Program-made: the position numbers and the translations under genes | Shown here: positions 45,753 to 55,659 of the stretch, one piece after another | Layout of the letters: the number at the start of each line of letters is the position of its first letter | How positions within the stretch are numbered: position 1 is the stretch's first letter | Assembly: GCA_951801655.1 (NCBI GenBank) | Contig: CATONV010000001.1 | Location: 21,439-85,438, forward strand | DNA: 64,000 nt | Origin: an uncultured Oscillospiraceae bacterium | GTDB taxonomy: Bacteria; Bacillota; Clostridia; Oscillospirales; Oscillospiraceae | Reading direction: 5' to 3' | The notes under the pieces: generated by a model | Told to the model about the DNA's origin: nothing | The model's input: only the letters and a program-made list of their open reading frames with translations | Database searches by the model: none

Positions 45753-47684
45753 CTATTCGTTTTCCCATTGGGCGATGATCTGCCTGATTTGGGCGTCAGG
45801 CCATCTCCCGTGCTGGACCCTGATCCTTTTCGCCCCAATCAAGTCATTGACCGTCCTGAGCTGAGCCGCCTTTTCCTTCCCGGAGACAGGCAGTTCGTTC
45901 AGCATTGTCTGAATGGAGTAATATGACACTTCCCCCTGGGCCTGGGCGTACTTGACAAAGAAGCCGTCCCAGTCCTTCCAGCCGCACTGGATCAGCGCCC
46001 GTACATATTGGATAAAGCCGCCGGAATTTTTGCCGTGTGTGGCCCGAAGATAGAGGTACTTCCCCACCTTGTCCATCACCGGGTGGTCCATGGGCCGCAG
46101 GAGATTCATCAGCGCGGTATCCAGCCCGCCTGTCTCCATGAGCAGCTCGAACCACGCCGGGTCCGGCTCCCGGGTGAGAACCGGATTTTCCTCGTGGTCG
46201 AAAAAGGCCTTGACGCTGTTGGCCGGGTCGTGGGCGTAGACCATATACACATAGTGGCCCTCGTGCCAGCACAGCCCCCACAGCACATCCTGGAGAATGA
46301 CTCTGGTGTCCGTGTCCTTCCTGCCGAACAGCTTAAACTTGGGCCGCAGCAGTTCCTTCGCTCTCTGCCCTGCCGTCTCGCTGTCCTCGGTGAGCAGTGC
46401 GGCGCACAGGGCGGGGGCAATCCACCCGCCGCCGCAGGCTTCGGCCAGCTCCCCGGCCAGGGCGCACAGGCCGCCGTCCCGGGTAAACTGGATGGAACGC
46501 ATCAGGGTAAAGGGCATCGCGGCGCTGAAATACCGCTGGGAATCCGGATCGGTGGTGGCACCCCTGCAATAAAACCGCATGGGCCCGGTCTTTGTCTTGC
46601 CATTTTCCTCATAGGTGTAGTCCCGGTCCAGGGCGGCGCCCAGAGAGGCTGCTGCCCGGAAGGCCGCGCAGACCTCGGGCCCGGTCTTGCACTCCATAGC
46701 GGTGCGCAGGCGGCCCAGCAGGCCGAAGACCTCGGCGTCCAGCGGCATATCGGGATTTTCTTTGACCCTCTCCACCATCTGAAGGAACCACCCGGCGGTC
46801 ATCTCGGCGGCTGTCCGGGCGGAGGACAGCCGCATAGCCGCCGCCGCACCGCCCATATCCTTTTGGGCCAGCGTCTCCCAGTACGCCCTGGACTCGTCGG
46901 TCTCCATCCGCGCCAGGGCAAACTGGGCGGCCTGCCGGCACTCTTTTTTCTCCGTCTGGCACAGCCCGATCAGGGTCTGCGCGTTGGCCGCGTCGTGCCG
47001 CAGGGCGAGGATCAGCGCCTGCCGCACCGGCTTTTTCGCCCGGGGAAGCTGTTCCAGATACCAAGCGTTTTCCGCCGCCCCGGCGGTCTCCTCCATCACC
47101 TGAACCCTCCGGGCCATCTCCTTCTTCCCGGCGGCGTTGAAGCCCTTCTTCAGCAGAGGGACGGCAGCGGAGCCCAGGTTCTTCACGATTTTGGCGTTCT
47201 GGTCGGCAATCTCCCCGTAGCTGTCCCCCAGGCCGGCCACCAGGGCGGGCAGGACCCGGTAGTCGGTAAAAAACGCGGGGTGGTTCTCCCAGGCGGACCG
47301 GATGGTCTCCATCCGCCCGCCTCCGGTGGTGGTAAGGGCCTCCAGCAGCGGGTGCAGCTGACTGTAGGCCGTCTCCTGATATTGTCCGTTCCCGGCGGAC
47401 AGGGGGACCAGATCCCCGGGCGCGCCGGTTTTCCCCTGGGTATAGGCCACCGCGTCCACCAGGGCCAGCAGGTCCAGCAGCAGCCCGGTCCGGGCTGCTG
47501 CCGGGGCGGCCAGCAGCTTGTCCAGCCCTGCGTCGATCTTTCCAAACACCGGACTGGCCCCGGCCAGGGGTTTTAAGCCCTCCGCCGCCCGCTGAAGGCG
47601 GAAGTCCTCCCCCAGCAGGCCAGTGCCGGCAATGGCGGCCTGCTCCAGCCGGGATTTTACGTCATAAAGCGGCTGTAAATTCAT
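45753..47684 (-). CDS. Hypothetical alpha-helical/HEAT-repeat-like protein of the Yeh-type operon
   Basis: 643-aa ORF with GGAGG RBS and Ala/Leu-rich helical N-half; no recognisable catalytic motif. Confidence 0.7.
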   Translation of the reverse strand: MNLQPLYDVKSRLEQAAIAGTGLLGEDFRLQRAAEGLKPLAGASPVFGKIDAGLDKLLAAPAAARTGLLLDLLALVDAVAYTQGKTGAPGDLVPLSAGNGQYQETAYSQLHPLLEALTTTGGGRMETIRSAWENHPAFFTDYRVLPALVAGLGDSYGEIADQNAKIVKNLGSAAVPLLKKGFNAAGKKEMARRVQVMEETAGAAENAWYLEQLPRAKKPVRQALILALRHDAANAQTLIGLCQTEKKECRQAAQFALARMETDESRAYWETLAQKDMGGAAAAMRLSSARTAAEMTAGWFLQMVERVKENPDMPLDAEVFGLLGRLRTAMECKTGPEVCAAFRAAASLGAALDRDYTYEENGKTKTGPMRFYCRGATTDPDSQRYFSAAMPFTLMRSIQFTRDGGLCALAGELAEACGGGWIAPALCAALLTEDSETAGQRAKELLRPKFKLFGRKDTDTRVILQDVLWGLCWHEGHYVYMVYAHDPANSVKAFFDHEENPVLTREPDPAWFELLMETGGLDTALMNLLRPMDHPVMDKVGKYLYLRATHGKNSGGFIQYVRALIQCGWKDWDGFFVKYAQAQGEVSYYSIQTMLNELPVSGKEKAAQLRTVNDLIGAKRIRVQHGRWPDAQIRQIIAQWENE

Positions 47685-47708
47685 ATCAGAAACCTCCGTT
47701 ATTGGTCT

Positions 47709-47790
47709 GTAGGGCGCGACGACTCGGCGCGCCGTTTTTAGATCCCTGATTTATGGTTTTAAATCGGGCCGCCGGGTCGTCGGCCCCTAC
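47709..47790. repeat. GTAG-family REP doublet
   Basis: GTAGGGCGCGACGACTCGGCGCGCC...GGGCCGCCGGGTCGTCGGCCCCTAC. Confidence 0.8.
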
Positions 47791-47795
47791 GGCTG

Positions 47796-49232
47796 TCAAT
47801 ACAGCAGCCGGATGATCTGTTCCGGAGTTACAACGCTGTATGGGTGAACACACAGGGAGAGGTCCCTCTCGTCGTAGAACGCCAACCCAAACAGAGCGCT
47901 GCCCGCCGGAATCTCTCCCGGGAGAATGGCCAGCCGGGCGGTGCAGGTGTGGTCCGAGTCCTCCTGGGGCCGGTCTCGCAGCACCACCCGCTCCCCGTCC
48001 GGGTCCTCCAGCACAAAGTCCTCTCCCACCTTGCCCAGCTTCCCCACGGGGACCAGCACCGCCAGGAACTTGGCGGCCAGCGTGTTCTTGATGGTCCCCT
48101 TGGTAAGCTTCATTGCCGCCTCCAGGCCGGACTGGGCCAGGCTAGGCAGGGCGGCCTGTTCCTCCGCCGTCAGGGGCCGTGTGGAGGCACTCTCCCACCG
48201 CGCCCGCCGGTTCCCCTCCCCAGGGTAGATGTACAGGGCCGGGATCTCCAGCACGCCGAAGCGGCTGTCCTCTCCCTTGACATATTTCAGGGCCTTGGCC
48301 GGGCGCAGGTTCAGCGTCTGGAAGATGTCCCCGCTGTCCAGGTCTACCCACCAGCCTCTCTCCACATACTCCTTTTTGGCCTCGTCAAAGCTGACGTCGA
48401 AGGACAGCTGGACCAGCCGGACGTTTTCCCGGAAGGCCCCAATAGCCCGCAGGTCCTCCAGCTTCCACACTCCGCCCAGGGCCTCGAACAGGGCGGAGTC
48501 CTCGGGGGCGAAGCTGCCCGACTCCAGCTTGTTTTGGAGAAAAACCCGGGATTTCTTGATGGTAGACCGCAGGGCCACCAGGATGCGCAGCGCCTGGCTG
48601 TAGGCCCCCTCCGCCTGCTCCGGGTGCTGCTGGACGGTGCGCACCGCCAAGGCAATGCGGGTAAAGGCGGTCTGCGGGCCGGTGAGGTAGCGGCTCCCCA
48701 GGTCTTTGGCCAGCTTCTCATAGGTCTGGGCAGAGGAACCGGCCAGCGCCCCCAGCCCGGAGGCAAGCAGGTCGTCCACCATCTTCTCCGCCATGTCCAG
48801 CCCCTCCAGCTGCTTGGACAGCTTTTTCTTCTGGGCGGCGGCGTTTGGCTTTTTGGGCTTTTGGGGGCCGCCGGCTTCCTTTTTGGCGGCACGGGCCGCC
48901 TGCTTGGCCCGCTTTTCGGCAATTTCCTGGGGAATCTCCGCCGTTTCAAACTCCATGTCCGACAGCTGCACGAACATCAGTCCCAGCGCGTGCTTACAGG
49001 GGAACTGCCGGCTGGGACAGGAACACCGGCACACCGGGGCGTCCGGGTCGGTCCAGTCAATGGACACCCGATAGGGATTCTTGCCGCTGCCGGCACACTG
49101 AGCCCAGTACAGCGTGCCGTCCTCGCTTCGGCAGCAGCCGATGAAACTCCCCTTTTTCCACAGCTTACGCCCGTTCTCCGCTGCGGCTGGGTTGGGCGCC
49201 TGAAGCAAAATCATCTGTTCCGTCAATGTCAT
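47796..49232 (-). CDS. SWIM zinc-finger protein (YehQ-like)
   Basis: CAGSGKNPY...CSCPSRQFPCKH (CxCx6CxH); start may lie up to 12 nt further upstream. Confidence 0.85.
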   Translation of the reverse strand: MTLTEQMILLQAPNPAAAENGRKLWKKGSFIGCCRSEDGTLYWAQCAGSGKNPYRVSIDWTDPDAPVCRCSCPSRQFPCKHALGLMFVQLSDMEFETAEIPQEIAEKRAKQAARAAKKEAGGPQKPKKPNAAAQKKKLSKQLEGLDMAEKMVDDLLASGLGALAGSSAQTYEKLAKDLGSRYLTGPQTAFTRIALAVRTVQQHPEQAEGAYSQALRILVALRSTIKKSRVFLQNKLESGSFAPEDSALFEALGGVWKLEDLRAIGAFRENVRLVQLSFDVSFDEAKKEYVERGWWVDLDSGDIFQTLNLRPAKALKYVKGEDSRFGVLEIPALYIYPGEGNRRARWESASTRPLTAEEQAALPSLAQSGLEAAMKLTKGTIKNTLAAKFLAVLVPVGKLGKVGEDFVLEDPDGERVVLRDRPQEDSDHTCTARLAILPGEIPAGSALFGLAFYDERDLSLCVHPYSVVTPEQIIRLLY

Positions 49233-49317
49233 GGACCACACCACTCCTTCAGAAACTATATAAGCGACAGACTGTTCCTATAGTTTACCACAGCCCCAGT
49301 CATCCCGCAAGACAGAC

Positions 49318-49355
49318 AAAAAAAGACGCCCGTCAGACGAAGCTGACGGGCATCC
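49318..49355 (-). terminator. Intrinsic terminator after the gntP-like gene
   Basis: Minus strand GATGCCCGTCAG...CTGACGGGCGTC-TTTTTTT. Confidence 0.8.
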
Positions 49356-49361
49356 CGCAGA

Positions 49362-50756
49362 TCAGATCAATCCGGGCAATACACCCTGGAACATGCTGAG
49401 GATACAGGCAAAGACCAAAATCGCCACGCCGGCCACAAAGCCGCCCAGGGTCCAACCCCGGATGGTGTCGATCTCGTTGAGGTGGAAGAAGCGGGAGATG
49501 GCCCAGAACCCGGAGTCGTTGGGCAGAGACAGGCCGATGCCGCCGGCGCACACGGCGATGGCGCACAGGATGGGGGAGACGCCGGAGGCGGCGGCCGCGG
49601 TGGAGACAATGGCGGCGGTGGTGGTCAGGGCCACGGTGGTGGAACCGGTGGCGATACGCAGCACCTGGGCGATGACGAAGCACATCACCAAGATCGGCAT
49701 GTTGAAGCCCTGGAGCCCGTCCGTGATGACCTTGGCGATGCCGCAGGCCTTCAGGATGCCGCCGTAGGCGCCGCCCGCGCCGGTAATGAGAAGGATCAGG
49801 CCCACCTTGTCGGCGCCGTCCGTCATGATCTGGGTGATAGAACGGTTGAGATGGGGCCGGGAGATAAAGGCACCGTAGAGTACGCCGATGGTCATGGCCA
49901 CATTCTTGTCGCCCAGGAAGGCCAGCACCTTCAGTAGCTGGCTGTCCTTGGGCAGCAGGAAGGCGGAGAAGGAGCCCACCAGGATCAGCAGAATGGGAAC
50001 CAGCAGAATGGACATGGCCATCATAGCGCCCATCTTGGGCTTCTCAGAGGCCTTGGCGGCGTTCTCCGCCAGCTCGGCGTCCAGGTCAGAGAAATCCCAG
50101 GTTTTCCCGGCCTTCTGGTCCTGCCGGTTGACAAAGCCGCCGTAAATGATTCCGCCTACAAACATGCCCACAAAGGCGGAGATCAGGGCGTAGAAAAAGA
50201 AGACACCCACATTGATGTCCATGGCCGCAGCCACCGCCAGGGGGGGCGCGGTGGGCAGAACCAAGGCAAAGGTACAGGTGGTAGCCACCGAGATGGCGCA
50301 GCCATAGGCGGCCATGGAGTACTTGGTCTTGCGGGAGAGGACCCGGAGCATGGGGGCAAACATGATGTAAACCACGTCGCCGAAGACGGGGATACCGGTG
50401 ATGAAGCCGGCCACGGAGACGGCATACTGAGAGCGCTTGGGCCCCACAGCCTTGAGGACCCGGTCCACGATGTTGTCGATGCCGCCCGACTCATACATGA
50501 ACATGCCCAGCATCACGCCCAGGCCAGTAACAATCCCGATGGAGCCCAGAGTGGAACCGAAATTACTGGTGACACAGGCCGTTACGTCCGCAATCGAGGC
50601 GAAATTTTCCGGCGCCCCCCCGCCCGCGTAGGTGGCCAGGGCCAGAAGACCGGTGCCGTAAGCGCACACCAGAAGGGCAACAAAGGCGTTGAGTTTAATT
50701 TTGATGATACACAGCAGCAAAACCGCTATGGAGACCAGAAAAACCAATAATAGCAT
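49362..50756 (-). CDS. GntP-family sugar-acid permease
   Basis: Start MLLLVF after GGAGGT; KIKLNAFVALL, GIPVFGDV, ILLITGAGGAYG, LRIATGSTTVA, PNDSGFW. Confidence 0.9.
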   Translation of the reverse strand: MLLLVFLVSIAVLLLCIIKIKLNAFVALLVCAYGTGLLALATYAGGGAPENFASIADVTACVTSNFGSTLGSIGIVTGLGVMLGMFMYESGGIDNIVDRVLKAVGPKRSQYAVSVAGFITGIPVFGDVVYIMFAPMLRVLSRKTKYSMAAYGCAISVATTCTFALVLPTAPPLAVAAAMDINVGVFFFYALISAFVGMFVGGIIYGGFVNRQDQKAGKTWDFSDLDAELAENAAKASEKPKMGAMMAMSILLVPILLILVGSFSAFLLPKDSQLLKVLAFLGDKNVAMTIGVLYGAFISRPHLNRSITQIMTDGADKVGLILLITGAGGAYGGILKACGIAKVITDGLQGFNMPILVMCFVIAQVLRIATGSTTVALTTTAAIVSTAAAASGVSPILCAIAVCAGGIGLSLPNDSGFWAISRFFHLNEIDTIRGWTLGGFVAGVAILVFACILSMFQGVLPGLI

Positions 50757-51181
50757 AACATTACCTCCCATTTTGTTGTAACAACTCACTCCGCCGCCGC
50801 TCCCACACGGCAGTTCAGACTTTTCCTCCAAACGATATCACGTCATACGTCATATGTCAAATAAAAATCTTAATACCAAAAAAATTTTGGCTATATCGCC
50901 AATCCTTTATATCTCTATTTGTGTGATATGACAGTATACCCGGATAATTCCATTTTAACCCCCTCGAATTGCATAAATTGCATGGCGGTTTTTTGTCTGT
51001 TTTGCCTCTTGCATCGTATGACGTCATATGATAGAATTCTGCCATCAAAACCGCTGCTCCCACAGCGTTTCAGCCCTTTTGTCCCGCCGTCAAATCCGCA
51101 GGACTAACGTCGGCCCAATCTTCCATACTACCATACAAGTAAAGGCATACTACCATACTAGGAAAGGAATGACGTGTTCTC

Positions 51182-52930
51182 ATGTTAATCAGCCAAAAAA
51201 TGCGTCGGCTCGCCCCGGAACTGGATCCTCTTCGTCTGGGCACCGGCTGGAAGCCGGAGGACCTGTCCAAGCCCCAGATCTTTATTGAAAGCACCTTTGG
51301 CGACAGCCATCCCGGCTCCGGCCACCTGGATCAGCTGGTGGAAGCCGCCCGCCAGGGCGTAGCCCAGGCCGGCGGCCACGGCGCCCGATATTTCTGCACC
51401 GACATGTGCGACGGCGAGAGTCAGGGCACCGACGGCATCAACTTCTCCCTGGCCAGCCGGGAGATGATCGCCAACATGATCGAGATTCAGGCCAACGCCA
51501 CCCCCTTCGACGCCGGCATCTATATGGCCAGCTGCGACAAGGGACTGCCCGGCAACCTGATGGGCCTGGCCCGGGTCAACATCCCCGCCGTAGTGGTCAC
51601 CGGCGGCACCATGGCCGCCGGCCCCGACCTTCTCACCCTGGAGCAGCTGGGCATGTACTCGGCCAAGTTCGAGAGGGGAGAGATCGACGAGGAGAAGCTC
51701 AACTGGGCCAAGTGCAACGCCTGCCCCAGCTGCGGGGCCTGCTCCTTCATCGGCACCGCCTCCACCATGCAGATCATGGCCGAGGCCCTCGGCCTTGCCC
51801 TGCCCGGCTCCGCCCTTCTCCCGGCCACCAGCCCCGACCTCGCCGAGTACGCCCGCCGCGCGGGCGAGCTGGCCGTCAAGCTGGCCACCATGGAGAACAT
51901 GCGCCCCAGCGACATTGTCACCATGGACAGCTTTGAAAACGCCATCCTTGTCCACGCCGCCATTTCCGGCTCCACCAACACCCTTCTCCACCTGCCCGCC
52001 ATCGCCCACGAGTTCGGCATCGAGATCGACGGCGACACCTTCGACCGCCTCCACCGCGGCGCCCACTACCTGCTGGACATCCGTCCCGCCGGCCGCTGGC
52101 CCGCTGAGTTCTTCTACTACGCCGGCGGCGTGCCCGCCATCATGGAGGAGATCAGGAGTGTCCTCCACCTGGACGTGATGACTGTCACCGGCAAGACCCT
52201 GGGTGAGAACCTGGAGGAGCTGAAGCAGAACGGCTTCTACGACCGGTGCCAGAAGTGGCTGGACGAGGCCAACAAGAAGTACAACCTGTCCCTCACCCGC
52301 CAGGACATCATCCGCCCCTATGATCAGGCCATTGGCACCGACGGCTCCATCGCCATTCTCAAGGGCAACCTGGCCCCCGAGGGCGCGGTCATCAAACACA
52401 CCGCCTGCCCCAGGGAGATGTTCTCCGCCGTTCTCAACGCCCGTCCCTTTGACAGCGAAGAAGAGTGCATCGACGCGGTTCTCCACCACAGGGTAAAGCC
52501 CGGCGACGCGGTGTTTATCCGCTACGAGGGCCCCAAGGGCTCCGGCATGCCCGAGATGTTCTACACCAGCGAGGCCATCTCCTCCGACAAGGAGCTGGGC
52601 AAGTCCATCGCTCTCATCACCGACGGCCGCTTCTCCGGGGCCTCCACCGGCCCAGTGATTGGCCACTGTTCCCCCGAGGCCCAGGCCGGCGGCCCCATCG
52701 CCCTGGTGGAGGAGGGCGACCTCATTCAGCTGGACGTAAAGCAGCGCATCCTGGCCATCGTGGGCGTAAACGGGGAGAGGAAGACTCCCGAGGAGATCGA
52801 CGCGATTTTGGCTCAGCGGAAGAAGAGCTGGCAGCCCAAGCCCTCCAAGTATCCCCGCGGCGTGCTGCGGCTGTTCTCCGATCTGGCCGCCTCCCCCATG
52901 AAGGGCGCCTATCTGAAGTACGATAACTGA
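51182..52930 (+). CDS. ilvD: IlvD/Edd-family dehydratase (probably a sugar-acid dehydratase by context)
   Basis: DMCDG, SCDKGLPG, GACSFIGTASTM, SGSTN, RYEGPKGSGMPEM, ITDGRFSGAS. Confidence 0.85.
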   Translation: MLISQKMRRLAPELDPLRLGTGWKPEDLSKPQIFIESTFGDSHPGSGHLDQLVEAARQGVAQAGGHGARYFCTDMCDGESQGTDGINFSLASREMIANMIEIQANATPFDAGIYMASCDKGLPGNLMGLARVNIPAVVVTGGTMAAGPDLLTLEQLGMYSAKFERGEIDEEKLNWAKCNACPSCGACSFIGTASTMQIMAEALGLALPGSALLPATSPDLAEYARRAGELAVKLATMENMRPSDIVTMDSFENAILVHAAISGSTNTLLHLPAIAHEFGIEIDGDTFDRLHRGAHYLLDIRPAGRWPAEFFYYAGGVPAIMEEIRSVLHLDVMTVTGKTLGENLEELKQNGFYDRCQKWLDEANKKYNLSLTRQDIIRPYDQAIGTDGSIAILKGNLAPEGAVIKHTACPREMFSAVLNARPFDSEEECIDAVLHHRVKPGDAVFIRYEGPKGSGMPEMFYTSEAISSDKELGKSIALITDGRFSGASTGPVIGHCSPEAQAGGPIALVEEGDLIQLDVKQRILAIVGVNGERKTPEEIDAILAQRKKSWQPKPSKYPRGVLRLFSDLAASPMKGAYLKYDN

Positions 52931-52933
52931 CCC

Positions 52934-53006
52934 GCAGGGGCCGCCGAGGGCGGCGGCCCGCTTTCCGGGTGACACAGGACGGGCCGTCATCCTCGGCGGC
53001 CCCTGC
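52934..53006. repeat. REP doublet (GCAG variant)
   Basis: GCAGGGGCCGCCGAGGGCGGCGGCCC...GGGCCGTCATCCTCGGCGGCCCCTGC; resembles the arms at 14755-14831. Confidence 0.65.
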
Positions 53007-53021
53007 AAGAAAGGAATAAAA

Positions 53022-54056
53022 ATGATGAAAGGTATTCAAGTTCAAGGCGCCGGTCAGGCGGCGGTAGTAGAGCTTCCCCAGCCGGAATTAAAGGAGGGCT
53101 GCGCCCTCGTCAAGGTCATGGCGGCCAGCATCTGCGGCACCGACGTGTCCACCTTCCGGGGGACCAATGTAAACGTGTCCTCCTACCCCATCGTCATCGG
53201 TCACGAGACCGCCGGCATTGTGGAGGACGTGGACGAACATAACCCGTACGGCATCAAAAAGGGCGACCACGTGGTGCTGGACCCCTACCTCTACTGCGGA
53301 GAGTGCTACCCCTGCTCCCAGGGGCGGACCAACTGCTGTGAGACCCTCCACTGCCTGGGCGTCCACTGTGACGGCTCCATGTGCGAGTACTTCGCCCACC
53401 CCGTCCACATGCTGCGCAAGGTGCCCCAGGACATGCCCTGGGAGAGAGTTCCCCTGGCCGAGCCCCTGGTGATCAGCATGCACGGCCTGCACACCTGCCA
53501 GCTGAAGGCCGGGGAGCACATCGCCATCATCGGCGCTGGGGCCATCGGCCTGCTGGCCGGCATGGGCGCCCTGGCTTACGACGCCATTCCCATCCTGGTG
53601 GACGTGGTGGACGAGAGGCTGGAGCTGGCCCGTTCCTTCGGCATCCCCCACACCGTCAACCCTGCCAGGGGAGACGCCGTGGCCCAGATCATGGAGATCA
53701 CCAAGGGCCGGGGGGTGGAGTGCTGCATGGAGGCCTCCGGCTCTGACGCCGGGGTGCGCAGCACCCTGGACTACGCCGCCTACACCGGGCGCATCGCCCT
53801 CACCGGCTGGCCCAAGCACGATATTACCCTGCCCACCAACCTGATCACCAAGAAGGAGCTGCACATCCGCGGTTCCCGCAACGGCGCGGGAGAGTTTGAG
53901 GAGGCCATTGAGCTGATCTACACCGGAAAGGTGCCTGCGGAGAAGATTATCTCCAAGGTGGTCCCCTATACCCAGCTGCCTCACATGCTGGGTGAGCTGA
54001 CCGATCACCCCGGCGATTATCTGAAGGTTGTGGGCCTGTTTCATACGGAGGGATAA
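53022..54056 (+). CDS. Zn-dependent sugar-acid/polyol dehydrogenase (hexonate 5-dehydrogenase-like)
   Basis: ICGTD, GHE, structural Zn site CGECYPC...NCC, GAGAIG. Confidence 0.88.
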   Translation: MMKGIQVQGAGQAAVVELPQPELKEGCALVKVMAASICGTDVSTFRGTNVNVSSYPIVIGHETAGIVEDVDEHNPYGIKKGDHVVLDPYLYCGECYPCSQGRTNCCETLHCLGVHCDGSMCEYFAHPVHMLRKVPQDMPWERVPLAEPLVISMHGLHTCQLKAGEHIAIIGAGAIGLLAGMGALAYDAIPILVDVVDERLELARSFGIPHTVNPARGDAVAQIMEITKGRGVECCMEASGSDAGVRSTLDYAAYTGRIALTGWPKHDITLPTNLITKKELHIRGSRNGAGEFEEAIELIYTGKVPAEKIISKVVPYTQLPHMLGELTDHPGDYLKVVGLFHTEG

Positions 54057-54829
54057 TGATGACAAATTTATTTGATATTCAGGGCCGCAAGGCCATTGTG
54101 ACCGGGGCCACCCGGGGCCTGGGCTGGGGCATGGCCGAGGGCCTGATGGAGGCTGGCGCGGAGGTGGTCATCTGGGGCAGCTCCGAAAAGGTCAGCGATG
54201 TTGCGCAGGAATTTTGCGCCAGAGGCTTTGCCTGCCACGGCGTGGCGGCCAACCTGTCTGACCGCTCCAGCCTGCGCGCCGGCTTTGCCAAGTCCCTGGA
54301 GCTGCTGGGGGGCAAGATCGACATTCTGGTCAACTGCGCCGGCATCCAGCGCCGCCACCCCAGCGAAGAATTCCCCATGGAGGACTGGGACCAGGTGCTG
54401 GAGGTCAACCTCACCGCCCCCTTTGAGCTGTGCCAGCTGGCCGGGCGGGAAATGCTGAAGGAGGGGTATGGCAAGATCATCAACATCGCCTCCATGCAGT
54501 CCTTCTTCGGCGGCTTCACCATTCCCGCCTACGCCTCCGCCAAGGGCGGCATCGCCCTGCTGACCAAGGCCCTGTGCAACGAGTGGGCCGGACGGGGGAT
54601 CAACGTCAACGCCATCGCCCCCGGCTACATGGCCACCGAGATGAACACCGCCCTTCTGGACCCGGCCAATCCCCGGTACAAGGAGATCACCGACCGCATC
54701 CCCGCCCACCGCTGGGGCGGCGCCAAGGGCGAAGACATGAAGGGCCCCTGCCTCTTCCTGGCCAGCCACGCCTCCGACTATCTCAACGGCGCGGTCATCC
54801 CCGTGGACGGCGGTTATGCCAGTAAATAA
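54056..54829 (+). CDS. SDR oxidoreductase (KduD / gluconate 5-dehydrogenase-like)
   Basis: TGATRGLG, NCAGIQRR, YASAK, NEWAGRGINVNAIAPGY, VDGG. Confidence 0.88.
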   Translation: MMTNLFDIQGRKAIVTGATRGLGWGMAEGLMEAGAEVVIWGSSEKVSDVAQEFCARGFACHGVAANLSDRSSLRAGFAKSLELLGGKIDILVNCAGIQRRHPSEEFPMEDWDQVLEVNLTAPFELCQLAGREMLKEGYGKIINIASMQSFFGGFTIPAYASAKGGIALLTKALCNEWAGRGINVNAIAPGYMATEMNTALLDPANPRYKEITDRIPAHRWGGAKGEDMKGPCLFLASHASDYLNGAVIPVDGGYASK

Positions 54830-54900
54830 TTTTCCCCATCCGGTTTCCTCTTCCATCCGGGGCGGAAACCGGGGACTCTTCCCAATGGAGGTGCTGTTAT

Positions 54901-55644
54901 ATGAACGCGTTCAATGAAAAAATTTCTGAAATCGGTGTGGTTCCCGTGATCAAGCTGCAAAATCCCGAACGGGACGCGGCCCCTCTGGCCCGGGCCCTGT
55001 GCGGCGGCGGTGTGCCGGTGGCTGAGGTCACCTTCCGGGCCGCCGGAGCGGACAAGGCCATTTGGATCATGCGTGAGACCTGCCCTGACATGATCGTGGG
55101 CGCCGGCACCGTCACCACCAAAGAGAACATCGACGCCACCATCGCCGCCGGCGGACAGTTTATCGTCACCCCGGGCTTTGATCCCGAGCTGGTGGCCTAT
55201 GCCCAGGAGAAGCATATCCCCATCTTCCCCGGCTGCACCACCCCCACCGACTACCACGCCGCTTTGAAATTCGGCCTGGAGCTGATCAAGTTTTTCCCCG
55301 CCGAGCAGTCGGGCGGCCTGGCCAAGATCAAGGCCATGAGCGCCCCCTTCCCCCAGTTCCGGGTTATGCCCACCGGCGGCATCTCTCTGAAAAATCTCAG
55401 CGAGTATATCAGCGCCCCGGTCATCGCCGCCTGCGGCGGTTCCTACATGGTCACCGCCGAGCTGATTGAACATCAGCGGTGGGACGAAATTACCAGGCTG
55501 TGCAGAAAGTCCCGTGAAATTGTGGACGCGGCCCGGCTGGGCAGCGCGGTGAAGGACATCCCCGTAGCCGCGCCCGCCTCGGGAGAGGGAGTCTCTCCCG
55601 GACAGTACGTGGAGGCCTCCATCGACACCGCGCAGAGTATATAA
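54901..55644 (+). CDS. eda: KDPG/KHG aldolase with a C-terminal extension
   Basis: AEVTFR, VGAGTV, FIVTPG, KFFPAE, MPTGGI. Confidence 0.93.
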   Translation: MNAFNEKISEIGVVPVIKLQNPERDAAPLARALCGGGVPVAEVTFRAAGADKAIWIMRETCPDMIVGAGTVTTKENIDATIAAGGQFIVTPGFDPELVAYAQEKHIPIFPGCTTPTDYHAALKFGLELIKFFPAEQSGGLAKIKAMSAPFPQFRVMPTGGISLKNLSEYISAPVIAACGGSYMVTAELIEHQRWDEITRLCRKSREIVDAARLGSAVKDIPVAAPASGEGVSPGQYVEASIDTAQSI

Positions 55645-55659
55645 GGGGGGAATTGGCGC

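Noticed and set aside
41100-49360. Yeh-type operon as an integrative mobile element
   Set aside because: No integrase, transposase, tRNA target, att repeats or obvious GC shift seen; kept only as a possible block insertion.
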